This document shows, in pieces, positions 36,505 to 46,649 of a DNA stretch of 64,000 nt. A model generated the notes under the pieces. The model was not told the origin of the DNA, ran no database searches, and worked only from the letters and a program-made list of their open reading frames with translations. Within the stretch, counting starts at the first letter, position 1. Each line of letters starts with the position of its first letter. A program made the translations under genes and the position numbers. Source of the stretch: Elusimicrobiota bacterium (GTDB taxonomy: Bacteria; Elusimicrobiota; Elusimicrobia; Elusimicrobiales; UBA9959). The stretch spans positions 7,352 through 71,351 of the forward strand of contig JAINCQ010000034.1 in NCBI GenBank assembly GCA_036574205.1. The letters are read 5' to 3'.

Positions 36505-37566
36505 ATGAAAAAACAAGATTATTTAAAAGATAAGATAAAGCATATAGATATTAAAAAATATAATCTGGTTGATATGATAGAAGATATGGGGGATATGGCT
36601 TTTTCTTCAAGAGATCTTGCCCGGGCAGCAAAGATTTATGATATGATGATTAAGGATAAAAATGTTTCTATAATTCTGACACTTGCTGGATCGCTATTTT
36701 CAGCAGGGCTTAAAAAAGTGGTTTATGATATGATTAAAAACAATATGGTTGACGCTATAGTTTCCACCGGAGCGATAATAGTGGATCAGGATTTTTTTGA
36801 AGCCCTTGGTTTTAAACATTATAAAGGATGGTGGCATAATATAGATGATAATGAATTAAGAGAACTTCATATCGACAGAATTTATGATACTTTTATAGAT
36901 GAAGATGATTTGAGGGTATGCGACGAGACAATTTATAAAATAGCAAATTCGCTTGAAAAACGACCATATTCCTCAAGAGAATTTATTGAAGAAATGGGGA
37001 AATATCTTGTGAAAAACGCCAAAAATAAAGAATCTGTGGTTCTTCTAGCTTATGAGAAAAGAGTTCCAATATTTGTCCCTGCTTTTTCTGATTGTTCTGC
37101 TGGTTTTGGTCTTGTTCAACATCAGTGGGAAAATCCTCAAAATTGTGTTTCTATAGATAGTGCGAAGGATTTTCTTGAATTGACAAAGCTTAAGATAAAA
37201 GCTAAAGAAACTGGAATATTTATGATAGGTGGAGGGGTTCCAAAGAATTTTACTCAGGATGTAGTTGTGGCGTGTGATGTTCTAGGGTATAATTTGCCTA
37301 TGCATAAATATGCAATTCAGATAACAGTTGCTGATGTCAGAGATGGCGCTTTAAGTAGTTCAACTTTAAAAGAAGCTTCAAGTTGGGGTAAGGTTGATAC
37401 AAGCTGGGAGCAGATGGTTTATAGTGAAGCTACACTGGCATTTCCTATGATAGCAGGATATGCTTATCATAAGGGTGGATGGAAAGGAAGGAAAGAGAAA
37501 AAGTATAGTGATTGGTTAAATAACGAAGCAAAGAATTTAAATGGTGTTGCAAAAGTAAAAGTATAA
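36505..37566 (+). CDS. Deoxyhypusine synthase-like protein
   Basis: The track ORF starts at 36490. The ATG at 36505 lies 8 nt after a GGAGG. DHS-family blocks are present: TLAGSLFSAGL, IGGGVPKNF, and ASSWGKVD, which retains the Lys that is catalytic in eukaryotic DHS (SWGK). Confidence 0.8.
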   Translation: MKKQDYLKDKIKHIDIKKYNLVDMIEDMGDMAFSSRDLARAAKIYDMMIKDKNVSIILTLAGSLFSAGLKKVVYDMIKNNMVDAIVSTGAIIVDQDFFEALGFKHYKGWWHNIDDNELRELHIDRIYDTFIDEDDLRVCDETIYKIANSLEKRPYSSREFIEEMGKYLVKNAKNKESVVLLAYEKRVPIFVPAFSDCSAGFGLVQHQWENPQNCVSIDSAKDFLELTKLKIKAKETGIFMIGGGVPKNFTQDVVVACDVLGYNLPMHKYAIQITVADVRDGALSSSTLKEASSWGKVDTSWEQMVYSEATLAFPMIAGYAYHKGGWKGRKEKKYSDWLNNEAKNLNGVAKVKV

Positions 37567-37591
37567 GTTTTAAAGATTTAGTGTTTAAATC

Positions 37592-37614
37592 CCTTCCCCC
37601 TTGATGGGGGAAGG
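37592..37614. other. Isolated 9-bp G+C-rich hairpin between the DHS-like gene and the OMP gene
   Basis: ccttccccc-ttgat-gggggaagg. No T-run on either strand. Followed by a purine-rich leader. Confidence 0.4.
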
Positions 37615-37690
37615 TAAAGGATGAGGGTGAAAAAAGGAGAGGGATATATTAAAATTGAGAGGACAAATATGAAGTGTAAAAGGGAGGAAA

Positions 37691-38563
37691 ATGAAAAAAA
37701 TAAAAGTGCTAATGTTATTGGTGTTTTCTTTGACTGGAGTTTTACCGAGCTTTGTGGAGGCATATTTTGATGGCGGAATAAATTATGTTACTGGTAAAGA
37801 TGGATATAACGGTCAGGATTTATATCTTACCATAGGTGGTGATAACTGGTGGGTTAAGCCAGGATATTCCAGTTGGGATAGGGATTCAATTGATGAAAAA
37901 TTTAGTGTATTTGGCGCTAAAATTGGGTTTGAAAAGGAAACATATACTCTTTCTTTTGGAGCAAGCACAACCCCTGAAAAAAATTATTATAAAAATGTTT
38001 CAGTTAGTGGGGATATAACATTTTCTTTAAATCCCACATCTTCTTCAAGAAAAAGAATAGCGGGTCCAAATTCTGGTCCGGCTTCAAAAAGTGCAAGTGG
38101 GGTTACTCAAATAGATATTGGTGGGCAGGTTAATCTAACAGCTCATACATATACTGATAGCGATAAAGATCTTAAGGAATTAGATATATCTCTTTTTGCT
38201 GGAGCAAAGGTTTTTATGGTGAATCTTTCAGCAAACTACACTTTTTCAAGTTATGATGATAATGACCTTTCTAAACAGAAGGCTCCTGGCACATTGAGGC
38301 TTTATGGAATGTCAAGTTATTTTGGCTCTTTTACAAAATCTAATTTTAATTTTAAAATTGATATACCTGGATCACCGTTTGTTACTCCATTTGTTTCTTA
38401 CAATAGGGTAAAATTTACTGATGACACTGATGATCTGGATGTTTATGGTATTGGGGGATATATAGATTTAAATATGGTTAGAGCAACAGTTAAATATGAA
38501 ACATATAAAAACGGAGATAAGAGAAGTAATTTTATTTCAGTTGCCGCTGGATTAAGTTTTTAA
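37691..38563 (+). CDS. Outer-membrane beta-barrel protein (hypothetical)
   Basis: 290 aa. Signal peptide MKKIKVLMLLVFSLTGVLPSFVEA. Alternating-hydrophobicity strands throughout. C-terminal VAAGLSF ends in Phe, as is typical of OMPs. Confidence 0.6.
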   Translation: MKKIKVLMLLVFSLTGVLPSFVEAYFDGGINYVTGKDGYNGQDLYLTIGGDNWWVKPGYSSWDRDSIDEKFSVFGAKIGFEKETYTLSFGASTTPEKNYYKNVSVSGDITFSLNPTSSSRKRIAGPNSGPASKSASGVTQIDIGGQVNLTAHTYTDSDKDLKELDISLFAGAKVFMVNLSANYTFSSYDDNDLSKQKAPGTLRLYGMSSYFGSFTKSNFNFKIDIPGSPFVTPFVSYNRVKFTDDTDDLDVYGIGGYIDLNMVRATVKYETYKNGDKRSNFISVAAGLSF

Positions 38564-38575
38564 TCCTTAGTTTTT

Positions 38576-40156
38576 ATGGAGAGTTTAGCGCTTAAATATA
38601 GGCCAAAGTATTTTAGTGAGTTAATAGGACAGGAAGTCGTTTCAAAAACTTTAGCAAATGCAGTTAAATCAGGAAAGATATTTCATTCATATCTTTTTTA
38701 TGGACCCCGTGGATGTGGAAAAACATCCAGCGCAAGAATTCTTGCAAAAGCATTAAACTGTCACTTATCTTCAAACGCAGATCCATGCAATAAATGCATT
38801 TCATGCAGGGAAATATCTCAGGGTAATTCAATAGATGTTATAGAAATAGATGCGGCAAGTTACACTCAGGTTCAAAATATAAGGGATGTTATAATTGATA
38901 ATGTTAGTTTATCTCCTTCAAGAGATAAATATAAAGTATATATATTAGATGAAGTTCATATGCTTTCAACAAGCGCTTTTAATGCTTTATTGAAGACCAT
39001 TGAAGAACCACCACCTCATGCTGTTTTCATTCTGGCTACTACTGAGATACACAAAGTTCCATTAACAATAATTTCAAGATGTCAGACTTTTAGATTTAAG
39101 CCTATACCTTTGAATTTGATAGTTAAACGACTGGAGGAAATATGTAAAAGCGAAGGTATAAAATATGAAAAAGAGGGACTTGATCTTATAGCAGCCTCGT
39201 CCTCTGGCGCGATGAGAGATTCATTAAGCCTGCTGGAAAAAGTTGCTTCTTTTTCCAGAAATAATGTTACTTTTGATGTGGTTGGAGAAATACTCGGTTA
39301 TCCATCAAGGGAGATAATAAAAGATCTTTCTAAGGCAATATTGCAGAGGGATATTGATGCCATACATTCAGTTTTTACAAAAATAAATGAGGAAGGAATA
39401 GATGCTATTTCTGTATTAAAAGAACTGAGAGATTATTTTTCCAAATCTTTTCTTGCTAAAAAGAATTTTTATCAGATGAGTGATGTTTTAGATTTTAATC
39501 CTTTTCTTTTTGTTAAGTTAGCAAGAAAAATAAATAGGATTATAGATGAGATTAGATATTCAGACACTGTAAGCCTTATGGCTGAGACCTTTATTTATAC
39601 ATTAATAGATTCAACTATTGATATAGACAATCTTATAAAAAAGATTGAATCTTCTCCGTTATTGACTTCTGATAAAGAAGATTTTAAACCGGTAAAAGAA
39701 ATTAATAAAGTAGCTGATAATAATCTTAGTCGTAGTAATAATATGAAGGAAGAAAGCTGGGCTGAGATATGGAAAAAGGTTCTTAATTCTATCATCAACG
39801 AAAATATACCTCTTTATAATATGCTTCTTTCATCAGATATAAAATTGGCAGGCAGTACTGTTATTATAGACGCAAAAAACCAGTTTGAAAAGGATTTTAT
39901 AACTAAAAATATAGCTTTCATAGAAAAGTATATTAATCTTTTTTCAAAGAAGTTATATAAGATAGAGGTTAATAGCAAAAAAAAAGTCGGGGGTGTTGAG
40001 GTTTTAGAAAGTAAAGAATCGTCAAAGGAACATGAGGATATACCAGACAAAATCAAATTTAAAAATATAGACAATGGTGAGGAGTTATTCCCTGAGGGTG
40101 AAAAGATTAAGAAAGTGTTTGGGCATAGCATAATTAAGATTATAAAAAACAAATGA
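38576..40156 (+). CDS. dnaX: DNA polymerase III subunit gamma/tau
   Basis: 526 aa. Walker A GPRGCGKTS, Zn module CHLSSNADPCNKCISC, Walker B ILDEVHML, and sensor SRCQTFRF. Confidence 0.92.
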   Translation: MESLALKYRPKYFSELIGQEVVSKTLANAVKSGKIFHSYLFYGPRGCGKTSSARILAKALNCHLSSNADPCNKCISCREISQGNSIDVIEIDAASYTQVQNIRDVIIDNVSLSPSRDKYKVYILDEVHMLSTSAFNALLKTIEEPPPHAVFILATTEIHKVPLTIISRCQTFRFKPIPLNLIVKRLEEICKSEGIKYEKEGLDLIAASSSGAMRDSLSLLEKVASFSRNNVTFDVVGEILGYPSREIIKDLSKAILQRDIDAIHSVFTKINEEGIDAISVLKELRDYFSKSFLAKKNFYQMSDVLDFNPFLFVKLARKINRIIDEIRYSDTVSLMAETFIYTLIDSTIDIDNLIKKIESSPLLTSDKEDFKPVKEINKVADNNLSRSNNMKEESWAEIWKKVLNSIINENIPLYNMLLSSDIKLAGSTVIIDAKNQFEKDFITKNIAFIEKYINLFSKKLYKIEVNSKKKVGGVEVLESKESSKEHEDIPDKIKFKNIDNGEELFPEGEKIKKVFGHSIIKIIKNK

Positions 40157-40749
40157 ATAGTATAGAAAAAATTATAAAGTGCTTCAGGAAATTTCCTTCG
40201 GTTGGACCAAAACAGGCTGAGCGGTTTGCTATGTATGTTATGAAAAGTGCTGAGGAGGAAATAAGTGAACTTGTGAATTCTATTATAGAAGTTAAGTCTA
40301 CGATAAAACAATGTAGTAAATGTTATAACTATACATCGAATGAGGTATGTGATATATGTAGTGATAAAAATAGAGACCCTAAAACTATATGTATTGTAGA
40401 AAATCCTTTTGATATTATAGCGATAGAAAAGACTGGAATATATAACGGGCTTTATTTCATTCTCGGTTCGTATATAATACCACAATCTTCTTCAAGCATT
40501 TTTTTAAATCGCATAGATTTTTTGAAGGATAGGATACAAAAAGAGGGAGTAGAAGAACTTATAATAGCGCTTAACACTACAACTGAAGGACAGGCAAGCG
40601 CTTTATATATAAAAGATAGCCTTAAAAATATTGTTCCTAAAATTTCAAGGATAGCTTTTGGGGTTCCTCTTGGCGCTGATATTGATTATATAGACGAATT
40701 TACCCTCAGTTACGCATTAAAAGGAAGAACACCTATAGATGGGAAATAA
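40153..40749 (+). CDS. recR: Recombination protein RecR
   Basis: 198 aa. HhH N-terminus (FPSVGPKQAERFA), C4 zinc finger CSKCYNYTSNEVCDIC, and a Toprim region (ICIVENPFDIIAIE). Confidence 0.93.
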   Translation: MNSIEKIIKCFRKFPSVGPKQAERFAMYVMKSAEEEISELVNSIIEVKSTIKQCSKCYNYTSNEVCDICSDKNRDPKTICIVENPFDIIAIEKTGIYNGLYFILGSYIIPQSSSSIFLNRIDFLKDRIQKEGVEELIIALNTTTEGQASALYIKDSLKNIVPKISRIAFGVPLGADIDYIDEFTLSYALKGRTPIDGK

Positions 40750-40754
40750 TCTGG

Positions 40755-42545
40755 ATGCGTCTTGAATATTATTTAAGACCTGTTGTAATATTTTTTGGAT
40801 TATATCTTGTTTTGATATTTTTATTCTCTTCTTTTCTACTTAAAAAAGACTCTTACTTACCTGATGCAGATGTTTTGAAATCAAAAAAAAGATTTTGCGG
40901 TTATGTTATTTCCTATCCTCTTAAATCAAATAAAAATTATTATTTTTATTTTGAATCAGACAATCACAATCTCGTTGTAAGAAGCGATATTGATTTCAAA
41001 TTTAATCTTTATGAAGAAATATGCTTTGAAGGTGAAGTCAAAGAACCTGAAAATTATAATCCGGAGGGTAATTTTAATTGGATAGATTATCTAAAGCGAA
41101 AAAATATTTACTATGAAGTTAAACTAAAAAAAATTTTAAGTCGCAAAGACTCTCCAATAATTTTTTATTTTTCAGGAAAATTAAGGCAGGAGATAAAAAA
41201 AAATTTTAAAAAAAGGTTTAGCGGTGATGCTCTTGCTGTTATAAACGGAATATTTTTAGGAGAAAAAAGTGAACTTTCAAAAACTTTAAGAAGAGCTATT
41301 ACAAACTGCGGGGCGATGCATATTCTTGTGGCATCCGGGTTTCATGTTTCCTATATGTTTGGCATAATATTTTTTGCAATCAGGATAATTGGCTTTAACT
41401 TTAAAAATGCAAGATTTATCGCCGGGGTGTTTGTCCTTTTATACGTTTTTCTTGTTGGATTAAACCCACCGATAGTAAGATCGTATATAATGCTTTTGTT
41501 TGTTTTAGTTTCATTCGCTTTAAAGAAAAATACTGATGTATTACATCCTATTATAGTATCTGCTTTTGTTATGCTTTTAATTAATCCTTTATTGATTTAC
41601 GATAGTTCTTTTTTGATGTCTTTTGTTTCAATATATGGGATTGTAGTTGGTTATTTAAATTATGAAAAATATATAAATTTTTCATTTTTTGAAAATATAA
41701 TTTCCTTCAGGTATTCAAAAAAGTTGATTTCATTTTTAAATATTATTTTTTCAACAATGGCTGTTACTTTTTTTGCTCAGATTGCGCTTCTTCCAGTTAC
41801 ACTTCCTATGTTTTATAAAATATATCCAATTTCTCTTATTTCAAATTTGATTCTTATACCGCTTGCTATGATAATAATAACAATTTTAATGATATGGTTG
41901 CCATTTTCTTTTTGGGATCAAGGGGATCTTGTGGCATTGATTCTTGATAAAGTAGTTTTGGGATTTATAAATGTTTCTTATTTTTTTTCATCGCTTAAGT
42001 TTTCCTCTGTTTATTTCTATTTCCCGAATTCTATTTTTATGATATTTTTTGTTATTTTTATCCTGCTGATATTGCATTTGCCTATTTTAGATTTTAAAAA
42101 AGCTACATTAAAAGCTTTTATATTTTTTATATTGATTGGGTTAATTGTTTCCTATAACTGGGTTGAGAAAAAAGAAAACGATATATGTTTTGAAAATTAT
42201 GGAACGAAAGGCTGTATTGTGTTTAAAAATGGTAAAGTTTATTTAATAAATCCTGTTATAGATGCGGATAAAATAGCAAATTCAGTTTTTTATTCAAAAC
42301 ACAAGAATATAGATTATATCTTAATCAGTTCAAAAAAAGGGTTAAGGAAAAATATTATAAAAGAACTTAAAGAGATTTTCAATATAAAAGATATATATCT
42401 TCCACTATGGCTTTGCAAGGAAGGGGAAAAATGTGTTTTTGGTGATGAGAAATACGATGATTTTTATGTCAAATTTAGGAAGACATTTGGTTATTTTAAT
42501 GTTTATTCAGAGGTTAATTATTGTTTTGATGATGAGTGCTATTAA
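40755..42545 (+). CDS. comEC: ComEC/Rec2-family DNA internalisation channel protein (C-terminal metallo-beta-lactamase-like part looks degenerate)
   Basis: 596 aa. N-terminal OB-like region, then the polytopic competence domain with CGAMHILVASGFHVSYMFGII. The C-terminal ~120 aa is discussed in findings. Confidence 0.8.
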   Translation: MRLEYYLRPVVIFFGLYLVLIFLFSSFLLKKDSYLPDADVLKSKKRFCGYVISYPLKSNKNYYFYFESDNHNLVVRSDIDFKFNLYEEICFEGEVKEPENYNPEGNFNWIDYLKRKNIYYEVKLKKILSRKDSPIIFYFSGKLRQEIKKNFKKRFSGDALAVINGIFLGEKSELSKTLRRAITNCGAMHILVASGFHVSYMFGIIFFAIRIIGFNFKNARFIAGVFVLLYVFLVGLNPPIVRSYIMLLFVLVSFALKKNTDVLHPIIVSAFVMLLINPLLIYDSSFLMSFVSIYGIVVGYLNYEKYINFSFFENIISFRYSKKLISFLNIIFSTMAVTFFAQIALLPVTLPMFYKIYPISLISNLILIPLAMIIITILMIWLPFSFWDQGDLVALILDKVVLGFINVSYFFSSLKFSSVYFYFPNSIFMIFFVIFILLILHLPILDFKKATLKAFIFFILIGLIVSYNWVEKKENDICFENYGTKGCIVFKNGKVYLINPVIDADKIANSVFYSKHKNIDYILISSKKGLRKNIIKELKEIFNIKDIYLPLWLCKEGEKCVFGDEKYDDFYVKFRKTFGYFNVYSEVNYCFDDECY

Positions 42546-42595
42546 TTAAATATCTTTATGGCTTTTTTCTTAAGTCTTTTATATAATAATCTTAT

Positions 42596-43432
42596 ATGAA
42601 AAAAGCGGCTGTATTTTATAATTCAAATAATAAAGAAAATATAAAAATATTAAATAATTTGGAAAAAATATTAAACAAGCGAAAAATTGAACTAATTAAA
42701 ATTTGTGTTTTAAATAAATGTTTTAATAATATTAAAGCTGATTTTGCTATTTCAATAGGTGGAGATGGAACTGTTCTTTATGCCTCACACTATTTAGTAA
42801 AAAATGATATTCCTCTTATTGCTATAAAGGGAGGAGGGCTTGGATTTCTTGGTAGCATTGACTCTGATGAAGCTGAAAAATTCATAGTAGATTATTTAAA
42901 TAATAATTATAAGATTATCAATAGAACATTGCTTGAAGTAAAAATAAGGGATAAAACATTTATAGCTTTAAATGATTGTGTTATAAAATCGATGGACTTA
43001 AGAACATTTTATACAAAGATTTATTTTTCAAACGAATATATAAGCACTTATTTTTCAGATGGAATAATAATATCAACTCCGACCGGTTCAACTGCCTATA
43101 ACTTAAGCGCTGGCGGACCAATAGCCCATCCTCATTCAAGGATTATTTTACTCACCCCCATATCTCCACATACACTTACCCATAGACCTGTTGTTCTTCC
43201 CGATACGGCTGTATTAAATATTAAAGCTATAGAGAAAACTAATCCAACTAATCCTAATATAATTGTCGCTATAGATGGACAGCAGAGCGTAAATCTTAAA
43301 ACTGATGAAGTAAAAATTTTTACTCATTCTAAAAGTTTTAAAACTATAGTTGCAAAAAATTATTCATATTTTGAAGTTTTGAGAAAAAAATTAAGCTGGG
43401 GCGAAAGGGATGAAGTTTCTGTCAAGGTTTAG
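42596..43432 (+). CDS. nadK: NAD kinase
   Basis: 278 aa. ISIGGDGTVLYA (GGDGT) and STPTGSTAYNLSAGGPI. Confidence 0.9.
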   Translation: MKKAAVFYNSNNKENIKILNNLEKILNKRKIELIKICVLNKCFNNIKADFAISIGGDGTVLYASHYLVKNDIPLIAIKGGGLGFLGSIDSDEAEKFIVDYLNNNYKIINRTLLEVKIRDKTFIALNDCVIKSMDLRTFYTKIYFSNEYISTYFSDGIIISTPTGSTAYNLSAGGPIAHPHSRIILLTPISPHTLTHRPVVLPDTAVLNIKAIEKTNPTNPNIIVAIDGQQSVNLKTDEVKIFTHSKSFKTIVAKNYSYFEVLRKKLSWGERDEVSVKV

Positions 43433-43446
43433 AGGATATGCGCTAA

Positions 43447-45066
43447 ATGATAGAGTTTCTTGAAATTAAAAATTTTGCTATAATCAAAAACCTTAATCTA
43501 AAATTTGCAAAAGGCTTGAATGTTTTTACAGGGGAAACCGGGGCTGGAAAATCCATAATTGTGGAATCTATAAACTTTCTGTTTGGCGCAAGGTCTTATA
43601 TAGAGAATTCAAAGCCTGTTGAGGTTAGCGCTATTTTTAAAGATGTGAATATAGGCGAAGTTAATGTTAAAAAAATTGAAATAAAAAGAATACTTTTGCC
43701 TGATGGAAGATCAAAGTATTATATTGATAATGTACAAACGTCGCTTTCAAAGATAAAAGAGATATCTGATTATATAATAGATTTCCATTCACAGATGGAA
43801 AATAATTTATTATTTTCACCAACAAATCAACTTCAGATACTTGATGATTATCTTAAAAATAATGAGATGAGAAAAAAGTTTGAAAGCCTATATCTTAAAA
43901 TGAAAGAAATAGATTCTAAATTGAGTAATATTTCGCTAAGTAATATTGAAAAAGAAAAATTAATTGAGTTATATTCGTTTCAGCTTGATGAAATAATAAA
44001 AGCGGATATTAAGGATAATGAGGATATCGAAGTTTCTGAAAAAATAGCGAAATATAAAAACATTGAAAAATTGAAAAGAAATATTGAAAAAATAAAGGAA
44101 TATTTAAATGGTGATAATGGGGTTATATCAGCCGTAGATAAATCTGAGTCTTTAATGGATGAACTTATTAGATTTGATGAATCTTTTTTCCCCTTGAAAA
44201 ATCTAGTTAATGATATATCTATTAAGCTAAAAGATTTGTATAACACTTTATCACAACATAACATAGCTGATGATGTAAATATAGATGATTTAGTTGCCAG
44301 GGATGAGCTTATCAAAAAAATGAAAAAGAAATATGGTCAGACGATTGAAGATATTAGGCGAAAGAAAATTGAGCTTGAAAATAAAATAAAAGAACTTTCT
44401 GAAATAGAACAGGACAAAGGAGAATTAATTAAGGAGAAAGAAAAACTTTTAAAAGAAATGGAACTTATTTCTTCTTCTTTAAGTTTAAGAAGGAAAAATG
44501 GAAAAGTTAAGTTTGTGGAGGAGGTTAAAAAAAGACTTTATAAACTTGGTTTTGATAAAGTTGGTTTTGATGTTTATATAACCGATGATGATCAGTTTAA
44601 CCAGCACGGAAAAGATAAAGTGGAATTTTTATTTACCGCTAATTTAGATATGCCGCTTAAACCTTTAAGATATGTCGCAAGTGGTGGGGAGTCTTCAAGA
44701 ATTTTGCTTTCAATAAAATCGCTTGTTTCAAAAACTGATAGCTCAAAAATACTTATTTTTGATGAGATAGACAGCGGGGTAGGAGGCAACACCGCCTTTG
44801 CAATAGGCAGGATGCTAAATGAGATTTCTGAATATAATCAGATATTGTGTATTACCCATATGCCGCAAGTAGCTGTTTATGCTCATAAACATTTCCTTGT
44901 GGAAAAGAGATTTGAAAATAAAATTACAGAGGTAGTTTTAAAAGATATTAAGTCGGATGAAAGGATTGAGGAAATTGCAAGGATGTTTGGATCCAGTTAT
45001 TCTCCTTTGACAGCTAAAAAACATGCGAGCGAACTTTTAAAGAATGTCTCAAAAAAAATTAAATAG
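43447..45066 (+). CDS. recN: DNA repair protein RecN
   Basis: 539 aa. Walker A TGETGAGKSII, a long coiled coil, the SMC signature ASGGESSRILLS, and Walker B ILIFDEIDSGVGG. Confidence 0.9.
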   Translation: MIEFLEIKNFAIIKNLNLKFAKGLNVFTGETGAGKSIIVESINFLFGARSYIENSKPVEVSAIFKDVNIGEVNVKKIEIKRILLPDGRSKYYIDNVQTSLSKIKEISDYIIDFHSQMENNLLFSPTNQLQILDDYLKNNEMRKKFESLYLKMKEIDSKLSNISLSNIEKEKLIELYSFQLDEIIKADIKDNEDIEVSEKIAKYKNIEKLKRNIEKIKEYLNGDNGVISAVDKSESLMDELIRFDESFFPLKNLVNDISIKLKDLYNTLSQHNIADDVNIDDLVARDELIKKMKKKYGQTIEDIRRKKIELENKIKELSEIEQDKGELIKEKEKLLKEMELISSSLSLRRKNGKVKFVEEVKKRLYKLGFDKVGFDVYITDDDQFNQHGKDKVEFLFTANLDMPLKPLRYVASGGESSRILLSIKSLVSKTDSSKILIFDEIDSGVGGNTAFAIGRMLNEISEYNQILCITHMPQVAVYAHKHFLVEKRFENKITEVVLKDIKSDERIEEIARMFGSSYSPLTAKKHASELLKNVSKKIK

Positions 45067-45087
45067 AAAACCGGTATTTTGTATAAT

Positions 45088-46575
45088 ATGATTATGGAAT
45101 ACAATAAGATAAGAGTGAGATTTGCTCCATCCCCTACCGGGCATCTTCATATAGGTGGAGCAAGAACTGCCCTTTTTAATTATCTTCTTGCTAAAAAATA
45201 TAATGGGGTTTTTGTTTTAAGGATTGAGGATACGGATGAGCTTAGAAGTAGCGCTGAATCGATGAACTCTATTTTTGAAAGTCTTAAGTGGCTTGGACTT
45301 GATTGGGATGAAGGAGCTATGGCAGATGGCCGGGAGAAAGGAGATTTTGGCCCTTATATCCAGAGCAAAAGAGAAGCGATGGGAATATATAAAAAATATG
45401 TTGATTATCTATTAGAAAAAGGATATGCATATTATTGCTATTGTACTGTGGAAGAACTGGAAGAGATGAGGAAAAAAGCGCAACTTGAAAAAAGACCTCC
45501 AAGATATGACGGAAGATGCAGGAATTTGAGTAAAGAAAAAATTGAGCAATATAAAAAAGAGGGTAGAAAGCCAGTAATAAGATTTAAAATGCCTGATGAT
45601 GGTATTACTAAATGGAATGATTTAATCCATGGTGAATTGAAGTTTGAAAATAGGCTTCTCTATGATTTTATAATGATTAAAGCAAGTGGATATCCTACAT
45701 ATAATTTTGCCTGCGTAATAGATGATTATTTAATGGGAATATCACATGTGATAAGAGGGGATGACCATATTTCAAATACCCCTTTGCAAATAAATCTTTA
45801 TAAAGCTTTCGGATGGAAATTACCTGAGTTTGCTCATCTTTCTATGATACTTGGCCCTGATGGCTTGAGATTGTCAAAAAGACATGGTGCTACAAGTATT
45901 GGAGAATATAAACGATTGGGATATCTTCCTCAAACACTTAAAAATTACCTTGCGCTTTTAGGATGGTCTACACCTGATAGTCAGCAGATATTTGAGGAAG
46001 GAGAACTTGAGAAAAAATTTGACCTTTCTGGATGTCAGAAAAACCCCGCCGTTTTTGATACAACAAAACTTACCTGGATGAATGGGGAATATATAAGAAA
46101 ACTTTCAAAAGAGAAGTTATATGAATTAGCATTACCTTACTTAAAAGAGGCTGATATAAACCTTCAAAAAGCAAAAGTTAATCCTCAAGATATAGTTGCA
46201 ATAGAACAGGAAAAATATAAACTTTTAAGTGATGTGCCAAAACTTGTTGATTTTTTCTTTAAAGATGATATAGACTATGATGCCGATTCTGTTGAAAAGG
46301 TTTTTAGAAAACCAGAGGTTAGGGATATTCTTATTGGTTTGAAAGATCTTTATTCTAATATGGATGGTTTTAGTGAAGCTCTTATTGAAGAGAAAACCAG
46401 AGCTTTTTCAAAGGAAAAAGGATACAAAACTTCTCAAGTTTTTCACCCACTTAGAGTTAGCGTAAGTGGAAGAGCATGTGGACCAACCCTTTTTAGAATG
46501 ATGGAATATCTTGGTAAAGAGGCAGTTATTAAAAGGATAAATAAGTCTATAGAACTTATAAATAAGCTATTTTAA
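45088..46575 (+). CDS. gltX: Glutamate--tRNA ligase
   Basis: The track ORF 45079 starts at TTG; the first ATG is at 45088 and another is at 45094. RFAPSPTGHLHIGGART (HIGH) and LRLSKRHG (KMSKS-type). Confidence 0.93.
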   Translation: MIMEYNKIRVRFAPSPTGHLHIGGARTALFNYLLAKKYNGVFVLRIEDTDELRSSAESMNSIFESLKWLGLDWDEGAMADGREKGDFGPYIQSKREAMGIYKKYVDYLLEKGYAYYCYCTVEELEEMRKKAQLEKRPPRYDGRCRNLSKEKIEQYKKEGRKPVIRFKMPDDGITKWNDLIHGELKFENRLLYDFIMIKASGYPTYNFACVIDDYLMGISHVIRGDDHISNTPLQINLYKAFGWKLPEFAHLSMILGPDGLRLSKRHGATSIGEYKRLGYLPQTLKNYLALLGWSTPDSQQIFEEGELEKKFDLSGCQKNPAVFDTTKLTWMNGEYIRKLSKEKLYELALPYLKEADINLQKAKVNPQDIVAIEQEKYKLLSDVPKLVDFFFKDDIDYDADSVEKVFRKPEVRDILIGLKDLYSNMDGFSEALIEEKTRAFSKEKGYKTSQVFHPLRVSVSGRACGPTLFRMMEYLGKEAVIKRINKSIELINKLF

Positions 46576-46649
46576 TCACCATTCAAACGTAAGGGGTTTT
46601 GTAATAATTATTTCATATTTTTGTATTATAGTAATATTAAAATTTATTT

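Noticed and set aside
37578-37763. 61-aa minus-strand ORF, and a 49-codon plus-strand ORF (37621-37770), in the purine-rich leader of the OMP gene
   Set aside because: Both overlap the hairpin and the OMP signal-peptide region. Neither has an RBS, and both have an unremarkable composition, so they are likely spurious.
39814-40485. 223-aa minus-strand ORF spanning the dnaX/recR junction
   Set aside because: It is antisense to two genes with clear catalytic motifs. Its translation is Phe/Ile/Tyr-rich noise typical of AT-rich DNA.
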